Assembly: GCF_009914755.1 (NCBI RefSeq)
Contig: NC_060929.1
Length of the DNA stretch: 64,000 bases
Direction: 5' to 3' (one strand)
Source: the human T2T-CHM13v2.0 reference genome, Homo sapiens
Below the pieces are notes generated by a model. That model was not told the origin of the DNA, searched no databases, and worked only from the letters and a program-made list of their open reading frames with translations. Shown one piece after another: positions 26,660-40,155 of this stretch (position 1 is its first letter; the number at the start of each line of letters is the position of its first letter). The position numbers and the translations under genes were made by a program.

Positions 26660-27175
26660 ACATCCAATGGCTTCACACTGTTATTAGAATGAAATTCAAA
26701 CTCCTTTCTGAAGTCCTCACACACTTGACTGATTGGGCCCCTGACTTTCTTGCCACCTCATCTCATGCAGTGCTTTCCTTCTGCCACTATGCTCCAGCCA
26801 CTCTGGTTTTCTTTCACAGCCTTGAATGTCCCTCACTCTTGTCCCACTCACTTTTGCATGTGCTCATCCCTCTGGCTAGGATGCTTGTCCTGAACTCTTG
26901 GTACAGCTGGCTCCCTCTCATCTCCAGGTTTCAGTTTCAGTGTCACCCCCATCATGGAAGTCTTTCATCAAAGCAGAACCCTCTCCTTATAACTCTTGAA
27001 CTCAGAACACTGTTTTAAATTTTATCTATTTATATTGCCATTTTATCCATTATTTACATGTTTGTTTTCTTCCTCTCTCCTGGACTTCATGTGAGCAGAA
27101 GCACAGCTCTACAGACCACTGTGAAACCCCAGTGCCCAGCATTTAGAATGCATTGAATAAATATTCCAATTGATG
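26660..27175 (+). mobile_element. L2 LINE 3' part
   Basis: CATCCAATGGCTTC...CTATGCTCCAGCCAC...CCCCAGTGCCCAGCA. Confidence 0.75.
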
Positions 27176-27298
27176 GAAGAAATAAATAAAAGATAACCCC
27201 CCTTTCCTAACTTGAGCTCACAGCCTTTCCAACTTTTTCCAAATAAGGCTTCATCTTCTTTATTCCCAAAATGAGAAAGCTTCAGGAGACTTCCATTA

Positions 27299-27540
27299 TG
27301 GCGTCCCTTGGCTAGAGGAGGGAGTTCCCCAACCCTTCAGGCTTCCTGCGCTTCCCGGATGAAGTGACACCCCACCCTGCTTCGGCTCACCCTCCGTGGG
27401 CTGCACCCACTGTCTAACCAGTCCTAATGAGATGAGCCAGGTACCTCAGTTGGAAATGCAGAAATCACCCGCCTTCTGTGTTGATCTTGCTGGGAGCTGC
27501 AGACCAGAGCTGTTCCTATTCGGTCATCTTGCCAGCCACC
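27299..27540 (-). mobile_element. Isolated first ~240 bp of an L1PA (L1PA7/8-like) 5' UTR
   Basis: The reverse complement reads GGTGGCTGGCAAGATGACCGAATAGGAACAGCTCTGGTCTGCAGCTCCCAGC...TTTCTGCATTTCCAACTGAGGTACC, the L1PA start. Confidence 0.92.
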
Positions 27541-28029
27541 CAGAAGTATTCTTCTTAGAAAACCCTTATAAGAGCATTTTTGCCATTTAAACAGCAGTGA
27601 TTTCCCAAAGCCATTTTCTAAACCTAAATTGCTGGGCAGCTTAGCTTCATCCAAGCCTGTGTCCAGCAAAGGAAGGCAGGTGGCTACTGCTCCATTTGCC
27701 AGTGGCGATCAGGCCTAAGTGACTGAATTGCCCTTCCAGGTGATTTGCCCTGTTATTGTTTTGACATGGAACCATTATATTAATTCTGACATTGGCACTG
27801 CTTGCTGCATCAAACCAAGTGTCTTTGCTGCCAACTTGAATAGGTAAATATTGTATTTTCATCCAATTCAACTGTAAATCTCATAAACTAAGCCTTGAGA
27901 AAAGGTGTATTTAACCTCACATGGATTGCAGACAATTGTAATGCAGTAATGCAGGCCACTGTAAGCCAAGAAGCTTGGTCACTTGTAGTCAGCTGGCAGA
28001 CATGTCAACTCTACAGCTCATGCTCACCT

Positions 28030-28500
28030 TGTTATGATCCTTTTGGTTTGCAGACAAAAATAAACGTTTTAAGCAAAAATAGAAATTTACTGGGTCACTT
28101 AACTGAAAACTCCAGTAGTAAATCTGTGCCTGGATTCAGGATTTCAAATCATGTCATTCTCAACTCTGCTCATTCACACACTTCCTTTGCAGGCTCCTCA
28201 TGGTGGCGAGATGGACAGCCATTCTCCAAGCCTCCATGCCAGTAGGTGTAAGTCTAAGCAAACATTTCTTTAAGTTTCATTGGCTCATGTGAGGCCATAT
28301 GTTCATTTCTAAAATAATCAGATTATTCTGAAAAATGTCTAAGGCAATATAATCTCTTAACGTAGATAGAATGACCACATGGACACATCTAGAGCTTTGG
28401 AGTGGAGTCAACTCTACGTGAAGCTCATGGTTAAGGACTAAGAAGTGGATTACTCCTCTGGGGTAGATCAGAGTGCTGTTACAAGTAGAAAAGTGAATGA
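28030..28500 (-). mobile_element. MLT1J/K-type MaLR LTR (degenerate)
   Basis: TTTAAGCAAAAATAGAAATTTACTGGGTCACTTAACTGAAAACTCCAG...GCCTGGATTCAGG is the reverse MLT1 3' region. Confidence 0.55.
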
Positions 28501-28845
28501 AAGCTTGGCAATAATAATAATGGACTTCTGCTATACCACGCAGGTTACTAAGCCTCAGAAGTGTTCTTGCAATGGTGACAACTGCCAAATAGCCCCTGTA
28601 TCTCTATGATGCCTGGGTCAACCAAAGAGAAATAGGGGCAAGAGACAATGGGATACAGAGGACTGTATAACTGACATATTCTAAATTCTTTACAAACCAA
28701 AACCCATCTACCTACTTCTCTTATTTTTTGCCAAGTACACCACACATCCACTCTTCCAACGCCATCAAGAGTAACAACCAACCCAGGGTTTGGACTGAAA
28801 CACAAAGGGAATGTCTCCAACACCAGCATTTTGCCATTCCATTTA

Positions 28846-29373
<528 letters not shown>

Positions 29374-29750
29374 CTAATTTTTCTATAATAAACATGTATT
29401 ATTTACACTAAATGTGTTTCTAATAAATAAAAGAATTTCTTCCAATTATATCCTTCTATGGCCAGAGTATATATATCATTTTCATATATGATGTTGGAGT
29501 TTTAACAAGGAGGATAATAAATAACAATAAATAAAATATCTCTTTATTTTCCCCACCAAAATTCACATCCATTTCAGAGATAAATGCAGGAGTGAAGCCA
29601 AGAAAGATTAAAATATTAGCTTTATTACCTATTGATATGGTTAGGGTTTGTGTCCCCACCCAAATCTCAAATTGTAATCCCCATGTGTCAAGAGAAGAAA
29701 GTGATTGAATCATGAGGGTGGTTTCCCCTTTGCTTTTCCCATGACAGTGA

Positions 29751-30110
<360 letters not shown>

Positions 30111-32305
30111 TGATGGTTTTATGTGTCTGGCACTTCTCCTGCTGGCACTTCTCTTTCCTGCTGCCATGTGAAGAAGGTTCTTACTACCCCTTTGCCTTCC
30201 ACCATGATTGTAAGTTTCCTGAGGCCTCCCCAGCCATGTGGAACTGCGAGTCGATTAAACTTCTTTCCTTTCTAAATTGTGTAATCTCAGGTATTTCTTC
30301 AGAGCAGTGTGAAAACAGACTAATACACCGATAAATCTGATGTTGGATAAATAAAATGCTATTTTCAAGACAATTAGGCTCACTGATATTTCAGCCTCTC
30401 ATTTAGACAGACTTGCCCAATCATAGCTACTGGTAATTCTGGACGATACTGGGCCTTCTCCTTTGGAGGCCTGCTCCTATTATATGGCAGAAAGGAGAAG
30501 CACAGAAGGAATGCTCCTGCTGGCAGAGTTCCTCCCAAAGACCAAAAAGAAAGAAAAGTGTTTAGCCATGCATGCTTAGATACTTCTCCTAAACTCGCCA
30601 ATCAAACTACTCAATTTCCTGGGAAAGCATGAAAGAGGGAGTGAGGAAGAGGCCAAGTGCACTCTAATAGAGACCCCTCCACATGGAATCCACTGCCAGG
30701 GGACAGAATTCTCCCCCAATCTCCCCCGGCAGATGTTAGCGTCTATTGTAAGCCAGCCACCATATATTAACTCTTATCCCTATCACTGGAATTAAGATAA
30801 ATAAAAAATGTTATTCAATATTTGGTTATCCACGACTATTCTCAATCACTGGAAGTCAATAAGAATCCTTTTTTCTAAATCAACCAACTAATTAGATCAG
30901 CGATCATAATGGAAAAACTTGCTTCAGGAGGAACTTGCAAGGACTATATTATGATAATGGTTTTATATTATTTACTATCTATAAGATTAAGAAGATGATG
31001 ACATGAAAATAAATGTGACACTGACTTCTTTCTCTTTTAGAATTTCTCTCCCAGTCAGCCATCTTCTCAGGAGAAAGATAGTGTTTGCTATTGCACTTTT
31101 AGGTCTTCTTCTCCCTGGCCTGCCTCATAAATAATGATGAAATCTTAGCTACTTAGATTTCTGTTGCAGCCAGCTGCTTTTATTTATGAATAACTTGGGC
31201 AGCCAATCATTTCCTGCATGCTAGCACAATACTACTCTCAAAGAGAAGGCATCAGGTTACTGGGAAAACCTGGGACAGGATGTTACACACTGTACCTGCC
31301 ACCCCACCACCATCTCAGAGCAAAGATTTATTCAGCCCACTGGAATTGGCATATATTTTATTGCTGCCATCATAAAGAAACATGGCAGTCTGCTCCTTCT
31401 GGTCTATTGCTGTTTGAAACTTTCCTATTTTCATGCTTCCTTCATGCTGTTTCAAAGAAACACTGTAAAGATTTTACAAAGGTTATCAATTACATCATCA
31501 CCTAGAACATCAGATAGCATCCTCACCAGTTAAGACCCATTGAGTGATGAAAAGTACAGACTGAAAAACTGTCAGGAATAGTTTGTGTCTAAGCAATGAA
31601 ATCTTGTTAAATAAAATTCAAAATAGAGGGCAAAACAATCAAAGTGTCTCAAATGTTCATCTCATTCTTACAGATGAATTAATAAAGAAGGAACTTATTA
31701 CTTGATTGGCAGTCAAAAGAAAACCTGGTTTTTCTACAGAATATATTCTAAACTTAAACTATTTTTAATGTAACATGTCTGGGTGGATCCAGCCCTTAAT
31801 TGTAATTTTTAAAGGAATATAACATAATTATGTTGCTAGGATTTTTATTTTTCATTTCTGCCTTCTCTTTTCTTCTCATTATCATGGTCCATGAAGATAG
31901 AGGCTTGGCTTTTGACTTCCTAAAAGCTACTAATATTACCCTGCATTATGGAATCTTGATGCAGTGATATGGTTTAAGAGAAAACAAGAATGCTTCTGGG
32001 CAGCAAGACCTGACTGGGCTGACATTGGAATATGTGATTTCCTCTGCAAGATCTCAAAAAACCTATGACAGTTTGCAATTGTTTTCATTGCTCAGGTTAA
32101 GGGAGAAAGAAAGTATTTGTTGAATATTTATTACGTATTAGGTATTTACATAAATTAGACATTTTGTCAGGCAACAAATGTTCATTGAGGATTTACTGTG
32201 TGCCCGACACTGTACTAGGTGATGTAGTGATGGTACCTCCCAATGTTTTTGCTAGTTGTCCATCACAGTCGATTGTGAATTTTGTAAGTCTTTGCTCAGA
32301 AAGCT

Positions 32306-32708
32306 TGTGTTAGTTTGCTAGGGCTGCTATAACAGAGTATAGCAAACTGGGTGGCTTAAACAAAAGAAATGTATTCCCTCACAATTCTGAAGGGGAGGAG
32401 TCTGAGATCAAGGTGTTGGCCAGGTGGATTCCTTCAGAGGGCTGCGAGGGCTATCACATGCCTCTCTCCCAGCTTCTGGTTGTTCGCATTGGCATCATCA
32501 TCCAGATCTCTGCCTTCATGTTCATATGGTGTTCTCCCTGTGTGCATGTCTGTGTCCAAATTTTCTCTTTTTATAAGTATACCAGTCATATTGATTAGTA
32601 CCCACCCTAATGACCTCATCTTAACTAGATTACCTCTTTCAGTCTATGGCACTGGGGGTTAGGACATCAATATATCTTTTATTAGGGGACACAATCCAAC
32701 CCATAACA
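32306..32708 (-). mobile_element. MLT1B/C MaLR solo LTR
   Basis: TGTGTTAGTTTGCTAGGGCTGCTATAACAGAG...GGTGGCTTAAAC...GGGGACACAATCCAACCCATAACA. Confidence 0.9.
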
Positions 32709-33019
32709 AGCCTCCAGAACAGAGGTACTCACATCAGAGGTTTTCCACTATGACGTGAATACAACATTCACATGAACATACTCCTATGGGATATTTTCAC
32801 AAAGCTCATTTCCACTCACTTGAACTCTATCTTTGTCCTCTCATTTATGAAAAAAAAATTTGCAGGAGTAGTTTTTTAAACACAGTAAAACTACATTTTA
32901 CAAGCATTATAATAATGAGGACAGCCTCAACCAGTAAAGGCTGTGGTGCTGATGCTATGAGCTTCAGTTTATAAGTAACTCTCAGAATTAGCAGTAACTT
33001 CTTTCCTCTGTATCAGATC

Positions 33020-33452
33020 TCAGAACCAATCCATGCATTAATCATATTAGCTCCACCTTCAAAATATATCCAGAATCTATCCATGTCTCATCCCCTCCTC
33101 TGCTACCCACTTGTCCAGCTATCACTATCTGTTTCATGCACTCTTACAACAGCTTCCTAACTGGCCATGCTTTTGTCATTGTCCTCCCATTGTCCCCTAA
33201 CTTATTTTAAATGTAACACACAATTCTTTTACAGAATAAGTCAAGTCATAACACTCCTCTACTAAATACCTTCCCAAAGCTCCCCATCTTATTGAGAATG
33301 AAATTAAAGTCCATACAGAAACCAAGACATTACATAAGCTGGTCCATTACCACTCTTCCTTTAGCTTCTACAGTTCTCTCTCTTGCTTACCGTAATCCAG
33401 CCATTCTTTAAACATGCTGGGCTCTTAATAAATGTCTGCTGAATGAATGAAT
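33020..33452 (+). mobile_element. L2 LINE
   Basis: CTCCACCTTCAAAATATATCCAGAATCT...AATAAATGTCTGCTGAATGAATGAAT. Confidence 0.8.
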
Positions 33453-33650
33453 CCAAATGGCAGAACATAATTCTAGTGACTTGAAAAAGCATTTTTATAC
33501 TAATTACACATAAATGTACTCTGATGTTTTTTAAAAACTTAATTCTTTGAAAACATTAAGATTTCAGCTTAATTCCCCAGGTTCAAATTTCAGTTCTACC
33601 ACCTATATCTGTATGGTGCTGGACACGTTATCTACTCTCTTTGTGCCTCA

Positions 33651-34854
33651 GGTAAACCAAAATAAAATTCTAAGCCCTGCAACTGTCAGAATGGGCACTT
33701 CCTCTTGGCCAAGGGCATTCCAAAGTTAACCTGAAAAATGAGTTCAGGCTAGGACAGGAAGTGGGGGGCCAAACATGCCTCATTATATCTGCCTCCCTTT
33801 GGAATTCAGGCACAACTGACCAGCATTAACATTAAAACAGAGACCTTAAGACTTTTTGCAGCACTAAGATACCACATTCCAGACTGATTCTTATCCAGCA
33901 TCACATGACAGATAGCAGGCAATGAAAGAAATTAAAGTATTTTACCCTAATATATATTTCTTTGACATATTTTCAAATGGTCCTGAAAAGCTATCTCTTC
34001 CTGGGAAAATCTACCTTCTGTAGAGAATCCCCCTCCCTTTCCAGACTTTTCCTTGATCCAGGAGAGAATTAACTAAGAGTCTGGCACCTTTTTAAGTCTG
34101 ATAAGAAATATTTACAATCTATTTTTTTGGCCAGGTGCGGTGGTTCACGCCTCTAATCCCAACACTTTGGGAGGCTGAGGCAGGTGGATCACAAGATCAG
34201 GAGATCGAGACCACCCTGGCTAACACGGTGAAACCCTGTCTCAACTAAAAATACAACAAATTAGCCACGCTTGGTGGCAGATGTCTGTAGTCCCAGCTAC
34301 TCTGGGAGTCTGAGGCAGGAGAATGGCGTGAACCCAGGAGGCGGAGCTTGCTGTGAGCCGAGATTACACCACTGCACTCCAGCCTGGGCAACAGAGTGAG
34401 ACTCCGTCTCAAAAAAAAAAAAGAAAGAAAAAAGAAAAAAAAGAAGCATTTACAATCTATTTTTTTAAGCATGCTACCTGGAGACTTTATCTGTATAATA
34501 AGAACCTTGGTCTCCACAATGCCTTGTCTTAACCCACACACTCTCTTCTATGGATTCCAGATCTTTAGATAAATTGGTTGAAAAAACCAATTGCCAATCA
34601 GAAAATTTTGGCTTCTCCAGTGACCTGGACACCCCCACTACTAGTTGTCCTGTCTTTCCAGACTGAACATCTTACATATATTGATTGATGTCTTATGTCT
34701 CCATAAAATGTATAAATCTAACCTGTACTCTGATGACCTTGGGTGTATGTTCCCAGGATCTCCTGGGGCTGTGTCACTGGCAATTGGTCATTCATAACTT
34801 CCTCAGAATAAATCCCTTAAAATATTTCACAGAGTTCTATTCTTTTTGTTGATA
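33651..34854 (+). mobile_element. MER4-group (MER4B/D/E-like) ERV1 solo LTR, interrupted by AluY
   Basis: GTAAACCAAAATAAAATTCTAAGCCC...GGCCAAGGGCATTCCAAAGTTAACCTGAAAA; ends CAGAATAAATCCCTTAAAATATTTCACAGAG. Confidence 0.88.
34129..34440 (+). mobile_element. AluY
   Basis: CCTGGCTAACACGGTGAAACC and GAATGGCGTGAACCC; long TSD (34103-34128 / 34441-34466). Confidence 0.97.
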
Positions 34855-35759
34855 TCTCATATAATCCTAACTCATAGGATTTTTTAAGGATTACCTAAAT
34901 TAATACATATAAAGCACTTAATGTACAGCATCTGTGTGCTATATAAATGTTAACTATCATTATCATAATTATTTTAGTTATGAGAAGATGACATTTTTAA
35001 TTGATACAAACATCAAATAATTTTATTTTTCCCAATAACTGCTACTGACTGTACTCCATCAAAGCCTTTGGCACCCTGATTAACATTTCCACAGCTAAAT
35101 AAATTATGTCTCTCCCAGTTTCATATGTAGGGAAGGATGCAGTCCATCCCTGTACCTGCCTCCTTTATAAGGTGTATACACATTAGTGCTGGGCGGAAAG
35201 TAGAACTTATCTCCAGTGTAATTGCTCTGAGTGAGGTATTCCCATTCGGTCTGGTTCTTCGTCTTCACTGAGGCTGTCTGGAAGTTAGTTCCTCTCTTAG
35301 CAGAGTTTCAAACTCTTGTGGGGTATACTTTGTGATTACTCTTCTGGCATGAGAGACCCATCTGGCTCAAATTCTCACCCCACCACCAGCCCTCTCCTGG
35401 ATAGTCCAACCCATAACCTTTTATTGCTCAAGTATACATAGCCCAACAAGCTACCCTCCCTTAGGCAATAGGATATAGAGGGAGTAGCAGGCTACCTTCT
35501 GAGGTCTCTACTTAACCCAAGGAAAGTTCACATATTCTTTCATACCAAATAATGAGAATAGGGGCTGCCTTCTCCTGACCCTTTTCCCCCTCATATACAC
35601 ATAACTTTTTGTATCTTTATGCAATCTCTCCACCACCGTCTTCTACATTCTAGCAACCTCAGTACTCTACTAGTCTAGGCTTCTAGCAACATTCAGACAG
35701 AATATAATAACTAGTCCCCAAATAATTGGAAGAGAATGTTTCAGCACCCTCAATCTTTT

Positions 35760-36242
35760 TCTTTTCTTTTTTTTTTTACTTTAAGTTCTGGGATACATGT
35801 GCAGAACGTGCAGGTTTCTTATATAGGTATACATGTGCTATGGTGGTTTGCTGCACCTATCAACCCGTCATCTACCTTTTAAGCCCCACATGCATCAGGT
35901 ATTTGTCCTAATGCTCCCCCTCCCCTTTCCTCTGCCCGCACAACAGGCCCCCATGTGCGATGTTCCCCACCCTTGTGTCCATGTGTTCTCATTGTTCAAC
36001 TCCCAATTATGAGTGAGAACATGCCATGTTTGGTTTTCTGTTCCTGTGTTAGCTTGCTGAGGATGATGATTTCCAGCTTCATCCATGTCCCTGCAAAGGA
36101 CATGAACTCATTCCCTTTTATGGCTGCATAGTATTCCATGATGTATATGTGCCACATTTTCTTTATCCAGTCTATCACTGATGGGCATTTTGGTTGGTTC
36201 CAAGACTTTGCTACTGTGAATAGTGCTGCAATAAACATACGT
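35760..36242 (-). mobile_element. 5'-truncated L1PA (L1PA7/8-like) 3' end
   Basis: T-rich tail and AAGTTCTGGGATACATGTGCAGAACGTGCAGG; minus ORF 35996-36301 gives the ORF2p C-terminus (MFIAALFTVAKSWNQPKCPS...); TSD AGCA(CC/TC)(C/T)TCAATCTTTT. Confidence 0.95.
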
Positions 36243-36350
36243 AGCATCTTCAATCTTTTAGAAGGGGAGTGGAGGAACCCACACCAAATTTTTGCCTCCA
36301 AGAAAAGAGGAGAGGGTAGATATGATTACCATTTTATAAACTCTGCATTC

Positions 36351-36874
36351 TGTGTGGGCAGAAAAAGGGGTCACCAGAGATGTCTTTTCTCCCTGGAAAC
36401 AATGGATATGTTATGTTACATGGCAAGGGGGAAATAAGGTTGCAGATGGAATTAATGTTATTAATCAGCTGACCTTAAAATACGAAGATTCTCATGGATT
36501 ATCTGAGTGGACCCAATGCAATCACAGGATCCTAAACAGTGGAACAGGGAGGCAGAAAAGAGAGAAATAGAAAGATTGCTGCTCTTGGGAAGAACTCAAC
36601 CCAACTTCGTTAGCTATGAAGATGTAGGAAAAGAGCCATGAATCAAGAAATGCAGGCAGTGCAGTCTCTAGAAGTCTGAAAAAGCAAGGAAATAGACTCT
36701 TCCCTAGAGACTCCAGAAATTAATGCAACTCTGCTGATACATGATTTTAGTTCAGCGAGATCCATGTGAGACTTCTGACCTCCATAATCGTAAGATAATA
36801 TTTACGAAATTTGTCTTGTTATAAGCCACAAAGTTTGTAATAATTTCTTACAGCAGCAATAGAAAACTAATACA
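36351..36874 (+). mobile_element. MLT1D MaLR solo LTR
   Basis: TTACATGGCAAGGGGGAAATAAGGTTGCAGATGGAATTAA...TTACAGCAGCAATAGAAAACTAATACA. Confidence 0.9.
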
Positions 36875-37096
36875 CCCTCCAAACGTAACCCTCTATCTAC
36901 CCTGCTGCCCCACTCTGAGGTGATGGCACTGGTGCTAGTGAAATTAGTCATCTTGTCAGCATGAAGAGAAGGTGGCTGTCCTCACCAAAAGGCAGTTTTA
37001 TAAGCTTATGTTTTGGGGTCCTTACCGACTTTTGTTTTCAACTGAGAGCCTTGTCCATCCATTACAGCACTCTTCACCTAGTGCCATCATGCTATA

Positions 37097-37435
37097 CATT
37101 CATCCCTTGGTATCTGTTGGGGAGAGGTTCCAGGACCCCTGAGGATGTCAAAATCTGTGGATGCTCAAGTCCCTTATATAAAATGCTGTCACATTCGCAT
37201 ATAACCTGTGTATATCCTCCTGTATACTATAAATCATCTCTAGATCACTTATAACACATAATACAATGTAAATGCTATGTAAGTAGCTGTCATACTGTAT
37301 TGTTTAGGAAAAATCACAAGGAAAAAGATGTGTACATGTTCAGCATAGGTGTAACCATGTATTTTTTCAAATATTTTCAATCCACAATTGGTTGAATCCA
37401 TGAAAGTGGAACCCATGGACACAAAGGATTGACTA
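37097..37435. mobile_element. MER2 (TcMar-Tigger MITE)
   Basis: GGTTCCAGGACCCC...GGATGCTCAAGTCCCTTATATAAAATG...GGTTGAATCCA...GGAACCCATGGA; TA on both flanks. Confidence 0.9.
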
Positions 37436-37999
37436 TACTCACAATGAATTATGATACATGTCATGCTTAATGACTGAGACCTTTGAGTGATAGGAAATGT
37501 TATGGGACCCTGTTGTAGTGATGCTCTGAATCATCCCTTGAACTCTTTTCTGCTGCTGACTCATTAGGCCTGGCTCAGGGCAAACGCTTCTTCTATAATT
37601 CCAGAATCGGGGTTTGTCTGCCTCAAAAACCCATGTCTTGAACCCCTACACTTTATTTACTACCTGCTGATACTCAGGTCAATAAAGTCAAATGATACAA
37701 ATCTTTTCTCATTAACCTGACATCTACAGGAAGATGCCTGAGGGACTCAATGCTCTAACCTGCTGGAGACAGCTAATTTATCTAAAATTGATTGAATAAA
37801 GGAGCTATGATTCATGCATTTGATGAATTGCTCTTAGATTATGTGCAGGACACCGTGCCTAGCTTTCTGAATACTGTCATTTCTCCATGCTGTCCATCCA
37901 CTGATTCTTCAAAAATAAACACAAGATAGATAGCAGAAATTAGAATGTAAAGGGACCTTTCTATAGTTTCCTCTTTCAAGACTTAAAGTTTATGACCTC

Positions 38000-38520
38000 T
38001 ACAGTCCTAGCATTGCTTCACACAACAGACAGAGGGATTTTTAAAATAAATACCTAATCACATCTTGCCCATGTTCTCTTCACTATTCTCCAATCTTACA
38101 ACCAAGAAAAATATATTGAAAATAATCTATAAAAGTAGCCCTTCATTATTGGTCCCTGACTATAACTGTTGCTACCTCAAGGGAGCATGAGGAAGATTAC
38201 ATTAGACCTTGCATATATTGCGTCTGGAACAGAGACTGCCGGCAGTAATTAGTCACCCTTTTGACCTCTCCAGCCCACCTTGCATCACTCCTTTTCTTGC
38301 TCTCAAAGCTCCAGCTGTCCTGGCATTCTCTCTACTCCTTCTATGCTCCACAGACCTTCTTATGTTGGGAACACTCTTCTCCATCCTCCCAACCACGTTT
38401 TACCTAAATTATTCCTGCCCATCTTGAAAATCTCCTTCTAGACATCACTTCTTCAGGGAAGCCTACTTCTCTAGCTCTGAAGAATAGATCAGGTTGCCTA
38501 TTTATGTGCTGTCATGGGCC
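38000..38520 (+). mobile_element. L2 fragment (resumes at about 40200-40360)
   Basis: CAAAGCTCCAGCTGTCCTGGC...CATCACTTCTTCAGGGAAGCC; an L2 3'-end-like segment follows the L1 block. Confidence 0.6.
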
Positions 38521-38955
38521 TTTTTGTAACTATAACAGCTTTATTAGTATATAATTCATGTACTATTTAATTCAACCATTTAAAGTGTGCAAGTCAATAT
38601 TTTTTGGTACATTCACAGAAATTTGCAATCATCACTATGTTAAACTTTAAAACAGTTTCATCACCCCAAAAAGAAACCCCATATTAGCAGTCACTCCCCA
38701 TTCCCACCAACCACTCTAGTCCCTGCTAACCACTAATCTGTCTTCTGTCTCTATGGGCTTGCCTGTTCTGGACAGTTTATATTAATGGACTCATACAACA
38801 TGCGGTCTTTTGTGTCTGGCTTCCTTTGCTTACCACGTTTTCAAGGCTCATCCATGTTGCAGCATGTATCAGTACTTTGCTCTTCTTTATAGCTGAATAA
38901 TATGTTATTGTACAGACATACCATATTTTATTTATCCACTCCTTACTTGATGGAT
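38521..38955 (-). mobile_element. L1MB-type 3' end
   Basis: AACAGCTTTATTAG...TTTCATCACCCCAAAAAGAAACCCC...GCTCATCCATGTTGCAGCATGTATCAGTAC. Confidence 0.85.
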
Positions 38956-40155
38956 GAGAGGGAAAATAATATGGCAGAATAGAACTCTCCAGGGATTGCC
39001 TCCTACAGAAACATCAACTTGAACAATATCTACATGCAAAAAATCTTTCACAGGAGCTAAGAAAATAAGGTGAGAGATCACACTACATGGTTATAGCACA
39101 ATAGTAAAAAAAAAAAAAAAAGATGCAGTTTGTTAAATTGTACAAAAATAGATAGAAGGAATAAGTTCAAACAGTAGTAGTATAGTAGGATAATTCTAGT
39201 TAACAGCAATTTATTATATATTTCAAAATAGCTGGAAGAATTGTAATGTTCTCACTACAAATAAAATAGTAATGTTTGAGTTGATAGATATCCCAATTAA
39301 CTTGATTTGATCATTATGTATTGTAAAAGGGTATCAAAATATTACATGTACCCCTAAAACATGTAAAATTATATCCATGCCAGTCTCAGAGGCCATAAAA
39401 TTCTGTCCAGCATTATGCTTGTTGCAGCGTTCCTGAATTTAAGGCACTTCCCAGCACCACAACAGACACAGTGGTTCCAGGCTTAGGGACCCTGCCAGCC
39501 AGCCTTCACAGAATCTCTAGACAGGTTTCCTGTTACAGAGCATCTCAGACAAAACTAGCTTGCAAAGACTGGAATAAATACCTACTTCTTTAAGTGCACA
39601 TACATCAGTGCATAGCCAGAGTATCAAAAGCAATCAAAGAAACATGACAGCATCAAACAGACAAAATAAAGTACCAGTTATCAGCCCTAAAGAAATGGAG
39701 ATGCATGAACTACCTAGCAAATAATTCAAAACAACTGTTTTAAGTAAGCTCAGCAAACTGCAATAAAATACACAGAAACAATTCAATGAAATGAAGAAAA
39801 CAATAAATGATCAGAACAAGAAATTTAACAGAGAGATTAAAGTTTAGAAAATCAAACAGAAATTCCAGAGCTGAAAAATACAATGAAGAAAATAAAAAAT
39901 GCAACAGAGAAAATCAATAGTAAAATAGGTCTGGCAGAAGAAAAAAATCTGTGAACTTAGACAGTTTACTTGAAAATACAGTCAGAAGAAAAAGAAAAAG
40001 AATGAAAAGGAATGAAAAAATCTTACAGGATTTATAGGACAGCATCAAAAAAGGAATTTTTCAAGTCTTAGAAGTTCAAGAAGGAGAAGAGAAAAATAAA
40101 AGGTCTCCAATAGATTCTATCCAAATAAAACTACACCAAGATTTATTATCATCAT
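38956..40155 (+). mobile_element. L1M 5' UTR plus degenerate ORF1 N-terminus, lacking ORF2 and a 3' end
   Basis: Start AATATGGCAGAATAG (AAGATGGC-like). From ATG 39644 it reads MTASNRQNKVPVISPKEMEMHELPSK*FKTTVLSKLSKLQ*NTQKQFNEMKK, matching old L1 ORF1p. Confidence 0.8.
39130..39378 (+). mobile_element. L1MA (L1MA4-6-like) 3' end nested in the L1 5' UTR
   Basis: GATAGAAGGAATAAGTTC...AATTTATTATATATTTCAAAATAGCT...TTGATTTGATCATTA...ACATGTACCCC. Confidence 0.8.

Larger units (their letters stand above)
33560..34960 (+). mobile_element. MIR split by the MER4 LTR (33560-33650 and 34856-34960)
   Basis: GGTTCAAATTTCAGTTCTACC...CTCTTTGTGCCTCA before the LTR; CTCATAGGATT...TAAAGCACTTA after it. Confidence 0.65.

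Noticed and set aside
27396-27590. ORF ...EMQKSPAFCVDLAGSCRPELFLFGHL
   Set aside because: Antisense reading of the L1PA 5' UTR; ORF0 lies further into the UTR and is absent here.
30475-30487. CCTATTATATGG as a CArG box
   Set aside because: Eight A/T bases lie between CC and GG; the SRF site needs six.
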